Shown here piece after piece: positions 12,441-24,384 of a DNA stretch of 64,000 nt. Position numbers and translations under genes: made by a program. Numbering within the stretch: position 1 is the first letter of the stretch; every line of letters begins with the position of its first letter. Under the pieces are notes generated by a model. It worked only from the letters and a program-made list of their open reading frames with translations, did no database searches and was not told where the DNA came from. This stretch comes from Eledone cirrhosa (lineage: Eukaryota): assembly GCA_964016885.1 (NCBI GenBank), contig OZ024746.1:93248001-93312000 (forward strand). The letters are read 5' to 3'.

Positions 12441-12612
12441 ATTTACAAATTCATTCAATGAGTAGATAGCAAAGTTGATTGAACACCAGGCTACTTCTTG
12501 TTGATACTGACAGAGATCCATTTACTTTTAATACATATTTTTTCTTAATCTTCAAAATATGTCTATCATTTTTTATGTTTTTTACATTTGTTTCTCTCTT
12601 GAATTTTGAAAG

Positions 12613-12930
12613 GAACGAGATAATGCCTTTGAAATGAAAAAGAATTCAGAGAGAGAAGTCAATCTTCTAAAGGACCAATTGCTGACATGTCAAAGAGCCC
12701 TTGACAGTTGTCAGAATGAGCTAAAACTTCGAGATAACCAAATGTCATTTATGAACCGAGACATGAGAGAATCTGGACAGAGCATAAAGACCACTCATAC
12801 TCAATTGTTGCTATTAAGAGAACAGATAGCTACAATTCTCTCTGACCGTTACAATATTGTACAAGCTACTGATGAGGATATCAAGAACAGATGTCGCCAC
12901 TTGATGAATAAAAGTCAAGATTATAACTAT
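12613..12930 (+). CDS. CCDC170: CCDC170-like exon F
   Basis: ttttgaaag| acceptor, TAT|gtaaga donor; 318 nt, ERDNAFEMKKNSEREVNLLKDQL...SQDYNY; phase 0/0. Confidence 0.9.
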
Positions 12931-13768
12931 GTAAGACATTTAATTATTTTATGTATATCGTTGTGAGACTGGTTTGGTGTGGCCAACTGGCCAGTCCCTC
13001 CTCATGATGGAGCCATCCAGTCCCACACTGTAAATGTGGTTGGTGTTAGGAACGACATCCAGCTGCAAAATACCCAGCCAAATTTACAGTCCTTGCTGTA
13101 GCAATGTGCAACTTGGCCAGACTTGTCTCCTGGCGTGGATGACCCATCTAAACCATGCAAGCATGGAAGAATTGATGCTAAACGGAATCCAGCTGTAAAA
13201 TACCCAGCCAAATTTACAGTCCTTGCCGTAGCAATGTGTGACTTGGTCAACCATGGCCAGATTTACCTCTCGGCATGGATGACCCATCTAAATCATGCAA
13301 GCATGGAAGAATTGATGCTAAACAGATATAGATCTTATCGCTATTTAGACTGGTGTATGTACAAATAAACAGGTACACACACACATAATCTAACCCATGC
13401 CAGCATGAAAAATAGATGTAAAATGATGATTGTCATGTGTGTATGTGTGAACAAAGGGTAGATGTGAGTGTGCGTAAGAGGAGTGCTCTGGTGCATACTC
13501 ACCTGATCAATTAAGCCTCAGTACCTGGCAACCCATCTAAGCCATGCTTGCATGGAAAATAGCTGTTAATCCTTTAGCATTTATATATACCCTATATTTA
13601 CTATTGTATTTTCACAGTAAAAGGCTTTACCTCACTCAATTATCTCATATAATATCGAATCTATGAGATTTTGATATTATTTATTTTGAGAACAATATCT
13701 TAACATCAGTATGAGCGGCTGGTTACAGCCAGTTTGAACAAAAAGAGGTGAGAGAATTCTGTCTAGAT

Positions 13769-14720
13769 CCTTCTTGGTTGTCCATCGTAAACGATGATGA
13801 CATCTTTATTGTTGTTCCCGTCTGCCGTGGGCACGAAGGTGGCTGTGGAAGCCGATCCTTGACTTGCAGGTCCGGTGACAGTGGGGGCAGGGGAAGAGAC
13901 CGGAGTCAGACTGGCAACTCCCAGAGGTTACCTCCACCTCTCGCCCATCACCGCAGGGCTTTGGGAGTGCACGCTAAAGAAGAAACCTGTGTGGGAAAGG
14001 TTTATAGTGGGAAGTCCAGTGCACAGTGACAGTCTCACTCACTCAGCCGCAGAAGCCAGAATCCGGTGGTATAGAGGACCGTCAGACCAGGGACTTCCTT
14101 GGCTACAGTGGATGGCCACAACGTCTGTAGTGTCTTGCCATGCCCTAGGGCTCCACACCAATTGCTGTCGCCGCCTTCGTGACTGTTGTCCTCCTCCACT
14201 CATTCCACCGGGTCAAGTCTTCACATGCAGGGGCAGGCATCCCCTATCTAACTCAACAGGGGGTTTCAGACTCGTCCGGCTACCCTTAACCTGGTTCGGC
14301 TCGCCAGCCAAGGCGGTTTACCGGGGTGTGGCTGCTGTCGCATGCTACAGATTCTTGGGGCCACAAGCAGAGCTGAGTGTCAGGTGGGACCCAATGCAGG
14401 ACGAGCTGTCCTGAAAAGGGCATGGCTAGCCCTCTCTACAGAGGTACATGCCGCTCCCTGACACCCCAGGCATATACACACACATATACATACACATACA
14501 TATGTACATGTGTATATACATTTTTACACATTTTTGGATGGCCGTTGACTCTTATGAGATCTTCCACCCTTTGTCAGGTTTTGTTTTTTGTCCTGCAGGG
14601 TGTCCAAAATCACCCTCCTCACCAAGTAAACTTGGTGAGGTTGCCAGTTTAGTCGCCAATGACCCGACCATGCGACAGGTTGTACTGGTTTACATGTTAC
14701 CAGTAGCACTCAAGAGTGAC
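13769..14720 (-). mobile_element. GC-rich non-autonomous RTE-related retroelement with 10-bp TSD
   Basis: ctgtctagat duplicated at 13759-13768 and 14721-14730, splitting a family A MITE; minus-strand 3' end ...gatggacaaccaagaagg; no credible protein ORF. RTE assignment is from recalled similarity. Confidence 0.75.
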
Positions 14721-14831
14721 CTGTCTAGATATGGCTGGTTTAAATGCTAAAGGGTTAAATGAGGATGATGATGATGATATATGATGTTACTAAAGACCAT
14801 TTGATACCATATTATTATTATTACTAGATAA

Positions 14832-15595
14832 AGGGCAGTGGATTGGCAGTATCGGTAGAGTCGGACACCATACTTTGCAGCATAGAGTTATGGTCCTTTA
14901 CAGTCCGAGTTCAAATCCCACCGAGGTTAACTTTGCCTTTCATCCTTACGAGGTTGATAAAATAAAGTACCAGTCACGCACTGGGGGTCGATTTAATCGA
15001 CTTTCCCCTCCCCCACAATTGCTGGCCTTGTGCCTATATAAGAAACTATTATTATTACTAGATGAGGACAAGGGCGATGGATTGGCAGAATCAGTAGAGC
15101 ATCGGACAACATGCTTAGCAGCATAAAGTTTAATCTCTTTATGTGGAGTTCAAATCCCGCCCAAGTTAGCTTAGCCTTTTATCCTTTCGGGGTTAATAAA
15201 AGAAAGTACCAGTAATGCACTTTCCCTTTCCTCCAATGTTGTTGGTCTTGTGGCTAAATACCTCCCATTATGGTCTGAGTTCAAATCCCACCGAGGTTAA
15301 CTTTGCCTTTCATCCTTACAGGGTCGATAAAATAAAGTACCAGTAATACACTGGGTAATTGCTGGCCTTGTGCCAAACGTAGAAACAATTATTTGATATA
15401 AATGGTGGATTGGTAGTATCGGTAGAGGGTCGGACGCCATACTTTACAGCATAGAGTTATGCCCCTTTACGGTCTGAGTTCAAATCCAGCCGAGGTTAAC
15501 TTTGCCTTTCGTCCTTACGGGGTCGATAATTAAAGTACCAGTAATGCACTGGAATAATTGCTGGCCTTGTGCTAAAAGTAGAAACAATTATTATT
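14832..15595 (+). mobile_element. Cluster of four head-to-tail S1 SINEs
   Basis: Repeated A/B boxes and gcctttcatccttacggggtcgataaa bodies. Other S1 copies at about 18310-18470, 36340-36530, 55007-55225, 59165-59340, 61333-61520 and 61982-62175. Confidence 0.88.
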
Positions 15596-15677
15596 TGATA
15601 TAAAACTCACGAATACATTTACATATCTATGTGAGAGCGAAACTAATTTTGCTTTTGATTATCATTTCTTTTTCCAG

Positions 15678-15878
15678 AAAATGGATGAAGATGAGACACA
15701 GATAAAGAAACTTCTGGAACAATTGGAAAGTCAACATAATCTTCACCAATCAGCAATGAAACAGTTGAAACTCACTGAAATTAAATTTGTTGATTTAGAA
15801 GAGAAATTGCATAAATATGAGGAAGAGCTGGCTACAGGGGATTTACTTCGTTCTAGTTATAAAACAAGCAAAGAAAAG
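15678..15878 (+). CDS. CCDC170: CCDC170-like exon G
   Basis: tttttccag| acceptor, AAG|gtttgt donor; 201 nt, KMDEDETQIKK...EELATGDLLRSSYKTSKEK. Confidence 0.9.
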
Positions 15879-15884
15879 GTTTGT

Positions 15885-16150
15885 ATTACCTCTTAAGGTC
15901 CTGTACCACATTAAACCACATTACCTCTTAATGTCCTGTACCACATTAAACCACATTATCTCTTAACGTCATGTACCACATTACCTCATTACATCCTGTA
16001 ACACACCTTATTTTAACATCCTGTACCATATTAAACCACATTACCTCGTAACATCCAGTAACACACAAAGCCACATTATCTTAACATCCTGTACCACATT
16101 ATCTTAACACCCTGTACCACATTAAACTACATTACCTCTTACCATCCTAT
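15885..16150. repeat. Degenerate minisatellite (about 35-bp unit attacctcttaacatcctgtaccacattaaaccac)
   Basis: About 8 variable units starting 7 nt after the exon G donor. Confidence 0.88.
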
Positions 16151-16766
16151 AGCACATGACTGCATTAGCAAGACATTCTTGAACAATATAAAACAGCACT
16201 ATGACTGCATTACATTAAAAATTAAAGTCTTTACTTTAGTTTACTGTCAGTTTTTACAATGATCTATCCACTAGAGAAGATACAATAAGCATATGAATAA
16301 AACAAGCCTGTTGTTAGATATTTTCTGTAAAATTATGACTGGGTGTTAAGAGCGAAGGTTCATAGGTTACTGGTTAAGTTGCTGGACTTATGGTTGCAAG
16401 GTCTTGAGCTTGACTCCCAGACTGGGAGATGCTTTGTGTCCTTCAGCAAGACATTTTATTTCATATTGCTGCAGTCCACTCAGCTGGAAAAAATGAGTTG
16501 CAACAACACTGGTGCTCAACTCTATTGGCCTTTGCCTTTCATGTGGACAATGATGGTCGCATGGAGAGAGGACAGTAGTAAGCATGGATGTCTGTTAGTC
16601 TTTCAGTCTGTCAGTCTTCCACAAAACACTTTGCCTAGGCTTGTCTTGGAAAGGTAAACCTATAGCTAGTCATAATTGAAGGAGACCCATTCATTTTTTC
16701 CTCAAAAATTGTATTTAATCAAAATTTACAAAATATCTTTATGCGCTTCTCATCTTCATCTTACAG

Positions 16767-17183
16767 TATATGAGATGTCTTGAACAACTTTCTGTAATCA
16801 TGAACATGGATACAATAACTCAAGACACAGGTCTTGATTTGACCATTGATGCTATCATGGCTCGTGCTGAACAACTGGTGAAGTTAGAATCAAACACATT
16901 AGCTGAGCGAAGTACCCAACTCTATGGCCAACAAAAGAAACTAAAAGCCTTGAAGGAACAACTTAGAAGCAAAGATTTACACTTGGATGTTCTTCGGAAA
17001 AAGATTTCTAGTCTTGAAGAACTTTTACATGGCAGGTCAGGTGTTGAGAATGAAAGAGATACTGAGATTATGAAAGTACGGAAATTGGAAAAGGTAATTG
17101 AGAAATATAAAGCACAAATAAAGGAATCCATAACAGAAAAAACTGACCTGAAAGCACGTCTGTTAGAAACAAGTGACTTGAAG
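16767..17183 (+). CDS. CCDC170: CCDC170-like exon H
   Basis: tcttacag| acceptor, AAG|gtagag donor; 417 nt; ARAEQLVKLE and SKDLHLDVLRKKI motifs typical of CCDC170. Confidence 0.92.
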
Positions 17184-17252
17184 GTAGAGGAAGATAGCAT
17201 TTATATTAATCATTTATATTTTGTTTTTGTTGTTTTACATTGATTTTGTTAA

Positions 17253-17659
17253 AGTTGTAGTTGACCATAGCAATAGGCTGTCAGATGGTACACTGAGGTG
17301 GAGGGGGGGGGGTGACAGTTGTAGTTGACCATAGCAATAGGCTGTCAGATGGTACACTGAGGGGGGAGGGGGGTGACAGTTGTAGTTGACCATAGCAATA
17401 GGCTGTCAGATGGTACACTGAGGTGGGGGGGGTGACAGTTGTAGTTGACCATAGCAATAGGCTGTCAGATGGTACACTGAGGTGGGGGGGGGGTGACAGT
17501 TGTAGTTGACCATAGCAATAGGCTGTCAGATGGTACACTGAGGGGGGTGACAGTTGTAGTTGACCATAGCAATAGGCTGTCAGATGGTACACTGAGGGGG
17601 GGGGGGGGGGTGACAGTTGTAGTTGACCATAGCAATAGGCTGTCAGATGGTACACTGAA
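17253..17659. repeat. Minisatellite with invariant core and variable G-tract
   Basis: 7 copies of agttgtagttgaccatagcaataggctgtcagatggtacactga separated by G runs of differing length. Confidence 0.95.
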
Positions 17660-18531
17660 GATAATTACATAGATATGAAAAAGAAAGATAAAAACAAAAT
17701 TAAGTAATGAGAAAAGGGGAAAGGGGTAAAGAAGGGCAGATATGGCTGTATGGGAAAGTAGAGGAAAGGACTAAATATACCATAAATGAGAAGAAAGGGG
17801 GGGGGGGAAGCAAGGACTACTGATTGACAGAAGAAAGGGAGGGGGAAGGGGAGAGGGAGATGGACTCTGAACTTAGGGTGGGACAGATTTTGAGCTGTAC
17901 CCTGCAGACAAAGCTGCAAAATCATTTCTGTGGACAATGGCCAGCAACACCTGCTGCAATAGCCACCCTACCTCGCAGGGCTTTTTTTTTCTGATGCTGA
18001 AGTTCCGATTTTTTGGAGGAGCTCGGTAGAATGGGTCTGAGGATACGTGAGGTCTCAACAGTGACCGGTACGAAGAAGTGGTGGCCGAACAAGCCTCAGT
18101 ATCTATTTGTATTCCTGTCCTTTCTAAACTATGGTATGGTCCTGTAACTCCTGATGGAATTGTAGAGGCGCAGTATTGACATACAGCGTTTCTTGGGCAT
18201 CATAAACCTAGCAGAGCTCATCCCTCTCCAGGCCTGAATACAACAGATTTCTTCCAGAGAAAGATAGAAAGTGAGAGAGAGGAAATAAGAAAGAGATATA
18301 GAGGAAGAATTGACCCCAGTACAAGACTGGTACTTTTTTTTTATCGACCTCAAAAGGATGAAAGTCAAGGTTGTCCTCGGTGGGATTTGAACTCAGAGAG
18401 CAGCTAGCCAGAACAAATACCACAAAGTATTCTATCTGATGTTCTGACGATTCTGGTCAATTCGCTGCCATATTTTCTAAACTATACATTATATCAATGT
18501 TTTCTAATCTTCCCCCTTTATCCTTTAACAG

Positions 18532-18768
18532 GCTTATTCCTTAGAGCAGAGGAAAGATCTAGAAGATCTTTGTAAAGAAATTGAAGAACTGAAAAGGATA
18601 CGACTAAAACAAGCTCAAAGAATCTCCAGTCTTGAAGTGAAATGTAAATCTCAAGAAGAGGACAAGAAAGACAAATATACATCATCTCAACATACAATCC
18701 ACTCACTCTCCGGTGAACTACACACAACTAAGAATGCATTGACGGCTGTTACAGACAGAGAGAAACAA
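18532..18768 (+). CDS. CCDC170: CCDC170-like exon I
   Basis: cctttaacag| acceptor, CAA|gtgagt donor; 237 nt open, AYSLEQRKDLEDL...ELHTTKNALTAVTDREKQ. Not in the ORF track. Confidence 0.9.
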
Positions 18769-18821
18769 GTGAGTATGGTTATGTAACATGTGTGATTGTA
18801 AGGCATATCTTTTTATTTTAA

Positions 18822-19042
18822 CCCTTTAGCATTTAAACTGGCCCCATCCAGCTAGAATTATCTCACCTCTTTTTGTTCAAACTGGCTGTAACGTGCTGCT
18901 CATATTGATGTTAAGGTATTGTTCTCAAAATAAATAATATCAAAATCGCACAGATTCGATATTATGTGAGGTAATTATGTGAGGTAAAGCCTTTACCATA
19001 AAAATACAATAGTTAATATAGAGTAATGTAAATGCTAAAGGG
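18822..19042 (+). mobile_element. MITE family A copy
   Basis: ttaa|ccctttagcatttaaactggc...aatgctaaaggg|ttaa. Confidence 0.88.
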
Positions 19043-19189
19043 TTAAATATACATAAATAACATTACAAATTGCTCACAATTATTTTAGAATGAAAATATA
19101 AACAGAAATATAAACAGATATTACAAATACAATTAACTATTTCTTGGAACCTTACAAATATAACACACCAACATATATGACCAGAGCAA

Positions 19190-19390
19190 GAGAAAGAAAA
19201 AAGAAAAAAAAGGAAACAAAAACGACCATCAATTCACCATCAAGTGCGACAATCGGCCGCACATAGCAAGGGTAAACAGAATATTTTGAGGCAAGCCAAT
19301 ATGTTCGCAGCATTACCACAGGCGATGGCGAGGCTAAGGCACCGAAATAACCAGGCACCCTCATGGGCATCACCTGACACCTCAGTAAAG
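19190..19390 (-). mobile_element. CRE-clade (restriction-like endonuclease) non-LTR 3' fragment
   Basis: GDAHEGAWLFRCLSLAIACGNAANILAC resembles the CRE C-terminal FLFQRISLAIQRGNAASILG motif. Confidence 0.7.
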
Positions 19391-20816
19391 CAAACCGCCA
19401 GATTGTAAGATATAGTATATATATTTGTGATTGTAAGAACTAGTGTATATAACATGTATATAATATGTGACTGTAAGAGATGGTGTATAACTTCCCAGCT
19501 ATTGCTGGTACTCACTCTCAGCTGAGTATACTGGAGCAATGTGAAATAAAGTGTTTTGCTCAAGAACACAAAGCAGCAGCCTGTCCAGGAATCAAACTGA
19601 TGACATTATTATTGTATGGCAAGCATCCTAACCATTAGGCCATGCAAAAACATCAATAATGACACCCAATGATTGACTGCACCAGTTGTGGAAACTTGAT
19701 GATGATAAGGTGTAAGATATTTGAAAAAAGGAAATATACTTTTCAGCTACTTTTATTATAACAGATGATATGACCTATAAACACAGTTGTTCTCTTAAGA
19801 AAGTTGTACCCATTGCTCAGAAAATAGCTGTCACTGTTTGCTGTCTGCTAGATATCTATAACAAATGCCGTCACCTCCATTCTTTATGCATTACTGGTGA
19901 GTCAAGCCATTCTTCTGCTAGTCTGTTTAGTCTGATGCATTTTAGATTGAGATTTTGGTATGTAAAAGCAACGGGTAACTACTTCAGAAACAGCTTTTAT
20001 TCTAGTGATGAATGCATCTTAAGCAAACAATTAACTAGAAAGCTGCTATGATTGAGTGAACATATTTAACACAATATATCAGTGGTTTCTAAACAGTGTA
20101 CTTTGACACTATTCTCTGATGAAACTACTTCTCTCTGTCATACATTCTTTTCTTTTCTCATTACACAAAAGACATTTTTATGTAAATAAACACAATGTTT
20201 TGATTTCAATCACCCATGGCAATGCTGAAGGTGTGTTGGCTTGTCTAAAACATTATTAGAGAGAAACTCTAGGGTTCCTTGTTGTAGCATATAATTGAGT
20301 GTGTATGTCTTATCACACATTTTTTTCTTTATAAAATAAAGTAGAAATCTGTTTTTCTTGTTAGTTTATATTATGCATATCCATGTTGTCTGTGCTACCT
20401 ATTTAATCTTCTATGTTTGTACCCCTCCAATGTAGATAGTACTGAAGAAATTCTATTTTACTCTAAATTTAGGGATACATTATTGGATTTAAAAAAACAT
20501 AATAATATTACAATTTTTAGGACTATTAACCCTTTAGTTACCAATATGGCCAAAACCAGTTCTGGTTCTATGTAATAAAGTCACCCATTTTAGAGGTTCC
20601 CAATTTATATTAAAATCTTCCAACATAATTTTATATAAGAAACATTAAGTTACTTTCTAAGTAATGAAATAATTGATAACTTCTTATGTGTATAGAGAAA
20701 TAGTTGAAAGTGTTTACACCTTATAGCAAAGGCATCTAATTAAAAAACTGGTTATATCTACCATGCGTTTGCTCTAAAATCTTCAAATATACATTGTGTT
20801 CTAGCAGAAGTATTCA

Positions 20817-21050
20817 TTAACCCTTCAGTTACCAACCCAGACTAAACCAGCTCTGGTTCTATGAAATAAAGTCACCCATTTTGAAGGTTTCCAATTTAAA
20901 TTAAAATCTTCCAACAAAATTTTATATAAGAACCTTACATTAAGTAACTATCTTAGTAATGAAATAATTAATAATTTTAGTAAATCCTTCAAAATTAATT
21001 AATTGAAACCAAGTATATTTTTATTAGAAATGTGGTCATGGAAGGGTTAA
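20817..21050 (+). mobile_element. TTAA-flanked MITE family B, representative copy
   Basis: TTAA|CCCTT...AAGGG|TTAA with a distinct body (ccagctctggttctatgaaataaagtcacccatt...aatcttccaacataattttatataag). Other copies at about 481-712, 20526-20690, 21280-21750, 38196-38432, 41057-41490 and 51350-51539. Confidence 0.85.
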
Positions 21051-22871
21051 ACACATCGTTTGATTTGAATATTATTTTAATATTTACATCTACACAACAT
21101 CTCACCCACTTTCATCTGCTTCTATTGAAAGATAAATTTAAATAACATAAATATGTAACATTAGTTATACATACATGCCAGTGACTATATTTGGTAAGAT
21201 AATTAGTACCCTTAGTTTATAAAGTGTCTTAGTTTGGATTTAATTTGGTACTATGTACAGATGATGACTATTAACTATTAAACTTTTCTTAACTGTATTT
21301 CTAATGAAATACACTCTATTTTAATTAGTTAATGAAGAAGTTTGAGGGATTTACTAAAATTATGAATTATTTCATTACTAAGATAATTACTTAATGTAAG
21401 TTTCTTATATAAAATTGTTGGAAGATTTTAATATAAATTGGAAACCTTTAACCCTTCCATGACCTCAGTTCTAATGAAATACACATCTATTTTAATCAAT
21501 TAATGAAGAACTTTGACGGATTTATAAAATTATTAATTATTTCATTATTAAGATAGTAACTTAATATGAGGTTCTTATATAAAATTTTGTTAGAAGATTT
21601 TAATTTAAATTGGAAAGCTAATATGGGTGGATTTATTTTATATAAAATTATGTTGGAAGATTTTAACATAAATTGTGAACCTTTAAAATAGGTGACTTTA
21701 TTTCATAGAACCAGAGCCGGTTTTTGCCAGGTTGTTAACAAAAGGGTTAAACTGATTGAAACAGAATAGATATAAATATATGAAACAAAATTATATCTGG
21801 ATATGAGGTTACTTGGCTGAAAAATTACCATGATTAGCAATATCTCATCCTAACTCCTATAATGATTTAGAAAATGTTTAAAAACATTTGTTTCTTCAAA
21901 TGTTTATAGTATCTTTTATAATGGACAGATTGTAAAAATATTTAATAAACTAAAATAAAAACTTTAATTTTTATAGTGATGAACTATACCTGCATCACTA
22001 TAAAAATTAAAGTTTTTATTTTAGCTTATTAAATATTTTTACAATCTGTCCATTATTAAAGATACTATAAACATTTGAAATAAGACTATTTTATACCAGA
22101 CTTAGACCAATTGTATCAATTGTCAAGTCAAGAGTACTCAAACTTATACGGTCATATAAAAAGATCAACTCGTGGTGTGAGTAGGTTATGCCTGGAAGGA
22201 AGGTTGGCCGATCTTTTCTCCTTAAACTCTGCTGTTGGTGATTGAATTGTTGATGCAGTCTGCAACTGGCGGAGTTTAGTGTCAAAGTAATAGTAGTAAG
22301 CAGATATAGGGGTTTTATACAGTTCAAGAATAGCTTGCTAATGTGCTTTAGTGCAGTACATAATCTGATGTAGTCATAGTGCTATGCTATACTTTTCAAG
22401 AAAATCTTGCTAATGTGGTTCCATGCAGTACAGGAATGCTAAGAGTTAACCATTAAATAGCACCAGTATATTATATGGTGAAGTGAAGGCACGTGGCTTA
22501 GTGGTTGGAGCATTGGGCCAGGTGATGCATTGTGTCATTGCTCCAGTTTACTCACCTGTAGAAGTGAGTTGTGACATCGTTGGTGTAAAACTGTATCAGC
22601 CATTGCCTTTCCCTGACAACATCGAGAGGGAAGACCAGTGTGTATGGGAAACTATTGGTTTTCCACAAACAAACCTTGCTCAGGCTTGTGCCTTAGAAGG
22701 AAACTTTCTAGGTGCAAAACCATGGTCATTAGTGACTGATGGGGGGCCTTAAATTTGTTTTTTTAATTTTTAATTTATTGATTTGTTTTTAAATATAAAA
22801 TACAGCACCATGAATTTTGGTAAAAATCCTCTCACTGTATTTTTTTCAACACTTCTATGATTTATTTCCAG

Positions 22872-23186
22872 TTACTGGATTTCCGTAATGTGATCGGTCG
22901 CATGTTGAGTCTTGACATAAGTTCTTTGGCAATTCCTGACTACGAAATTATTTCCAGACTAGAGAAGTTGATTGAGTCACATCATCAAATGGGTGTTGTC
23001 CCACATATGTCTCTTGCTCAACTAGAAGATGGATTTCTCAGTGGATATGAAGAAGCAATGCAGAACAAGAACAGAACTCAAACTGCTGGTGGATATGCAA
23101 GAAGATGGCTGGACCAAAAAAGCCGCAGATCAAGGGCTCGGTCTGTATCACCTGTCCAGGTGAAAAGAGATCCACGTTCTTATTAA
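22872..23186 (+). CDS. CCDC170: CCDC170-like terminal coding exon
   Basis: ttatttccag| acceptor; LLDFRNVIGRMLSLDISSLAIPDYEIISRLEKLIESHH matches the CCDC170 C-terminal motif; TAA stop ends at 23186. Confidence 0.93.
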   Translation, partial: LLDFRNVIGRMLSLDISSLAIPDYEIISRLEKLIESHHQMGVVPHMSLAQLEDGFLSGYEEAMQNKNRTQTAGGYARRWLDQKSRRSRARSVSPVQVKRDPRSY

Positions 23187-24384
23187 TATACCAACAGAAT
23201 AGACTATACTCTTGTCCTTGTTGGCATCTAATTAAGGCAAATATCCATTATACAGTCTATTTTTTTTCTAGCAGTGAATTACTAAAGGGGCCAGTGTTGG
23301 TTTTTTTTTTTCTCAAACTATTTCTTTCGTTTTAGATGTGTTGCTAACAACATTTTCAAGTGGTGAATTGATAGAGTCACTAGAGCATGTCACTGTATTT
23401 GTTCTCTACACCCTGAGGTCAAATCCTGCCAATGTCAACTGTGCCTTTTATCATTTCAGGGTCAGTAAATAAAATACCTGTCCAAGGTCAGGGGATTGGC
23501 AGAATTGTTAGAGCATTGGACTGGATGTCTCGCAATATCTGTTTCAGTCCTGGGTTAATAAAATAAAGTACCAATCAAGAACTGGGTTGATTTAATCAAC
23601 TTTCCCCTTTGGCCAAATTTGCTGGCCTTCAGCCTAAATTAGAAGGATTGACAGGAGAGGACTGAGGACTCTATCATTAAAATAACCAAGAAACCTCCCA
23701 TGAGATGTAACTCCATAGGAGGCCTACTAAACCTACAGAGGTGTAAGCCATAAGAACAACAACAACAAAATTTCCTTTGATATTCATCTCCCATCATTGT
23801 AGGGGACACTCCCTCACCTCTGTCAGGAATATCACATTAAAACAATTGGTGAGTATAATAGTAAGAAGAAAAGAAGAGAGCATTAACAATCAGACATCCT
23901 TTCTTATACTTTGGCATCTCTACATACGCACGAGTCTCGAATAATCGTCCTGGATCACCCACTTCCCCACTTATTAAATTTTGCCAATATATATATATAT
24001 ATATATACAGCAAGACATTTATATAAATAAACATATTGTTCATGTCCTCATGTACATCCCTTCTATATAATATATATACTACATGTCATGTATATAGAGA
24101 GATACAGAGATATAATCTATGTTGATATACACATTATTAAATGAGTATGAATTACTTTAATCAGACAATTGTTATTTATTCTCCTATAATTAGCTGTGTT
24201 CATGTTAACATTTGAAATACTTTTATGACTAACCTTCACTTTAGTCAGCACTGGAAATATAGGAAAGAGAAAGTGGAAGACTAGAATAAATGGGGAGAAT
24301 ACAAGTTATACACTAACGAAGAAGCCCCTGGGTGGTTACTTGAACTGTTAATAATAGTATGTGTGTGTGTTTATATATATATAT

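Noticed and set aside
13748-14750. Overlapping ORFs of 91-179 aa
   Set aside because: Chance ORFs in a GC-rich TSD-flanked retroelement; no protein motifs.
17253-17659. CRISPR-like look (identical palindromic repeats with variable spacers)
   Set aside because: Spacers are only G homopolymers, there are no cas genes, and the context is a eukaryotic intron.
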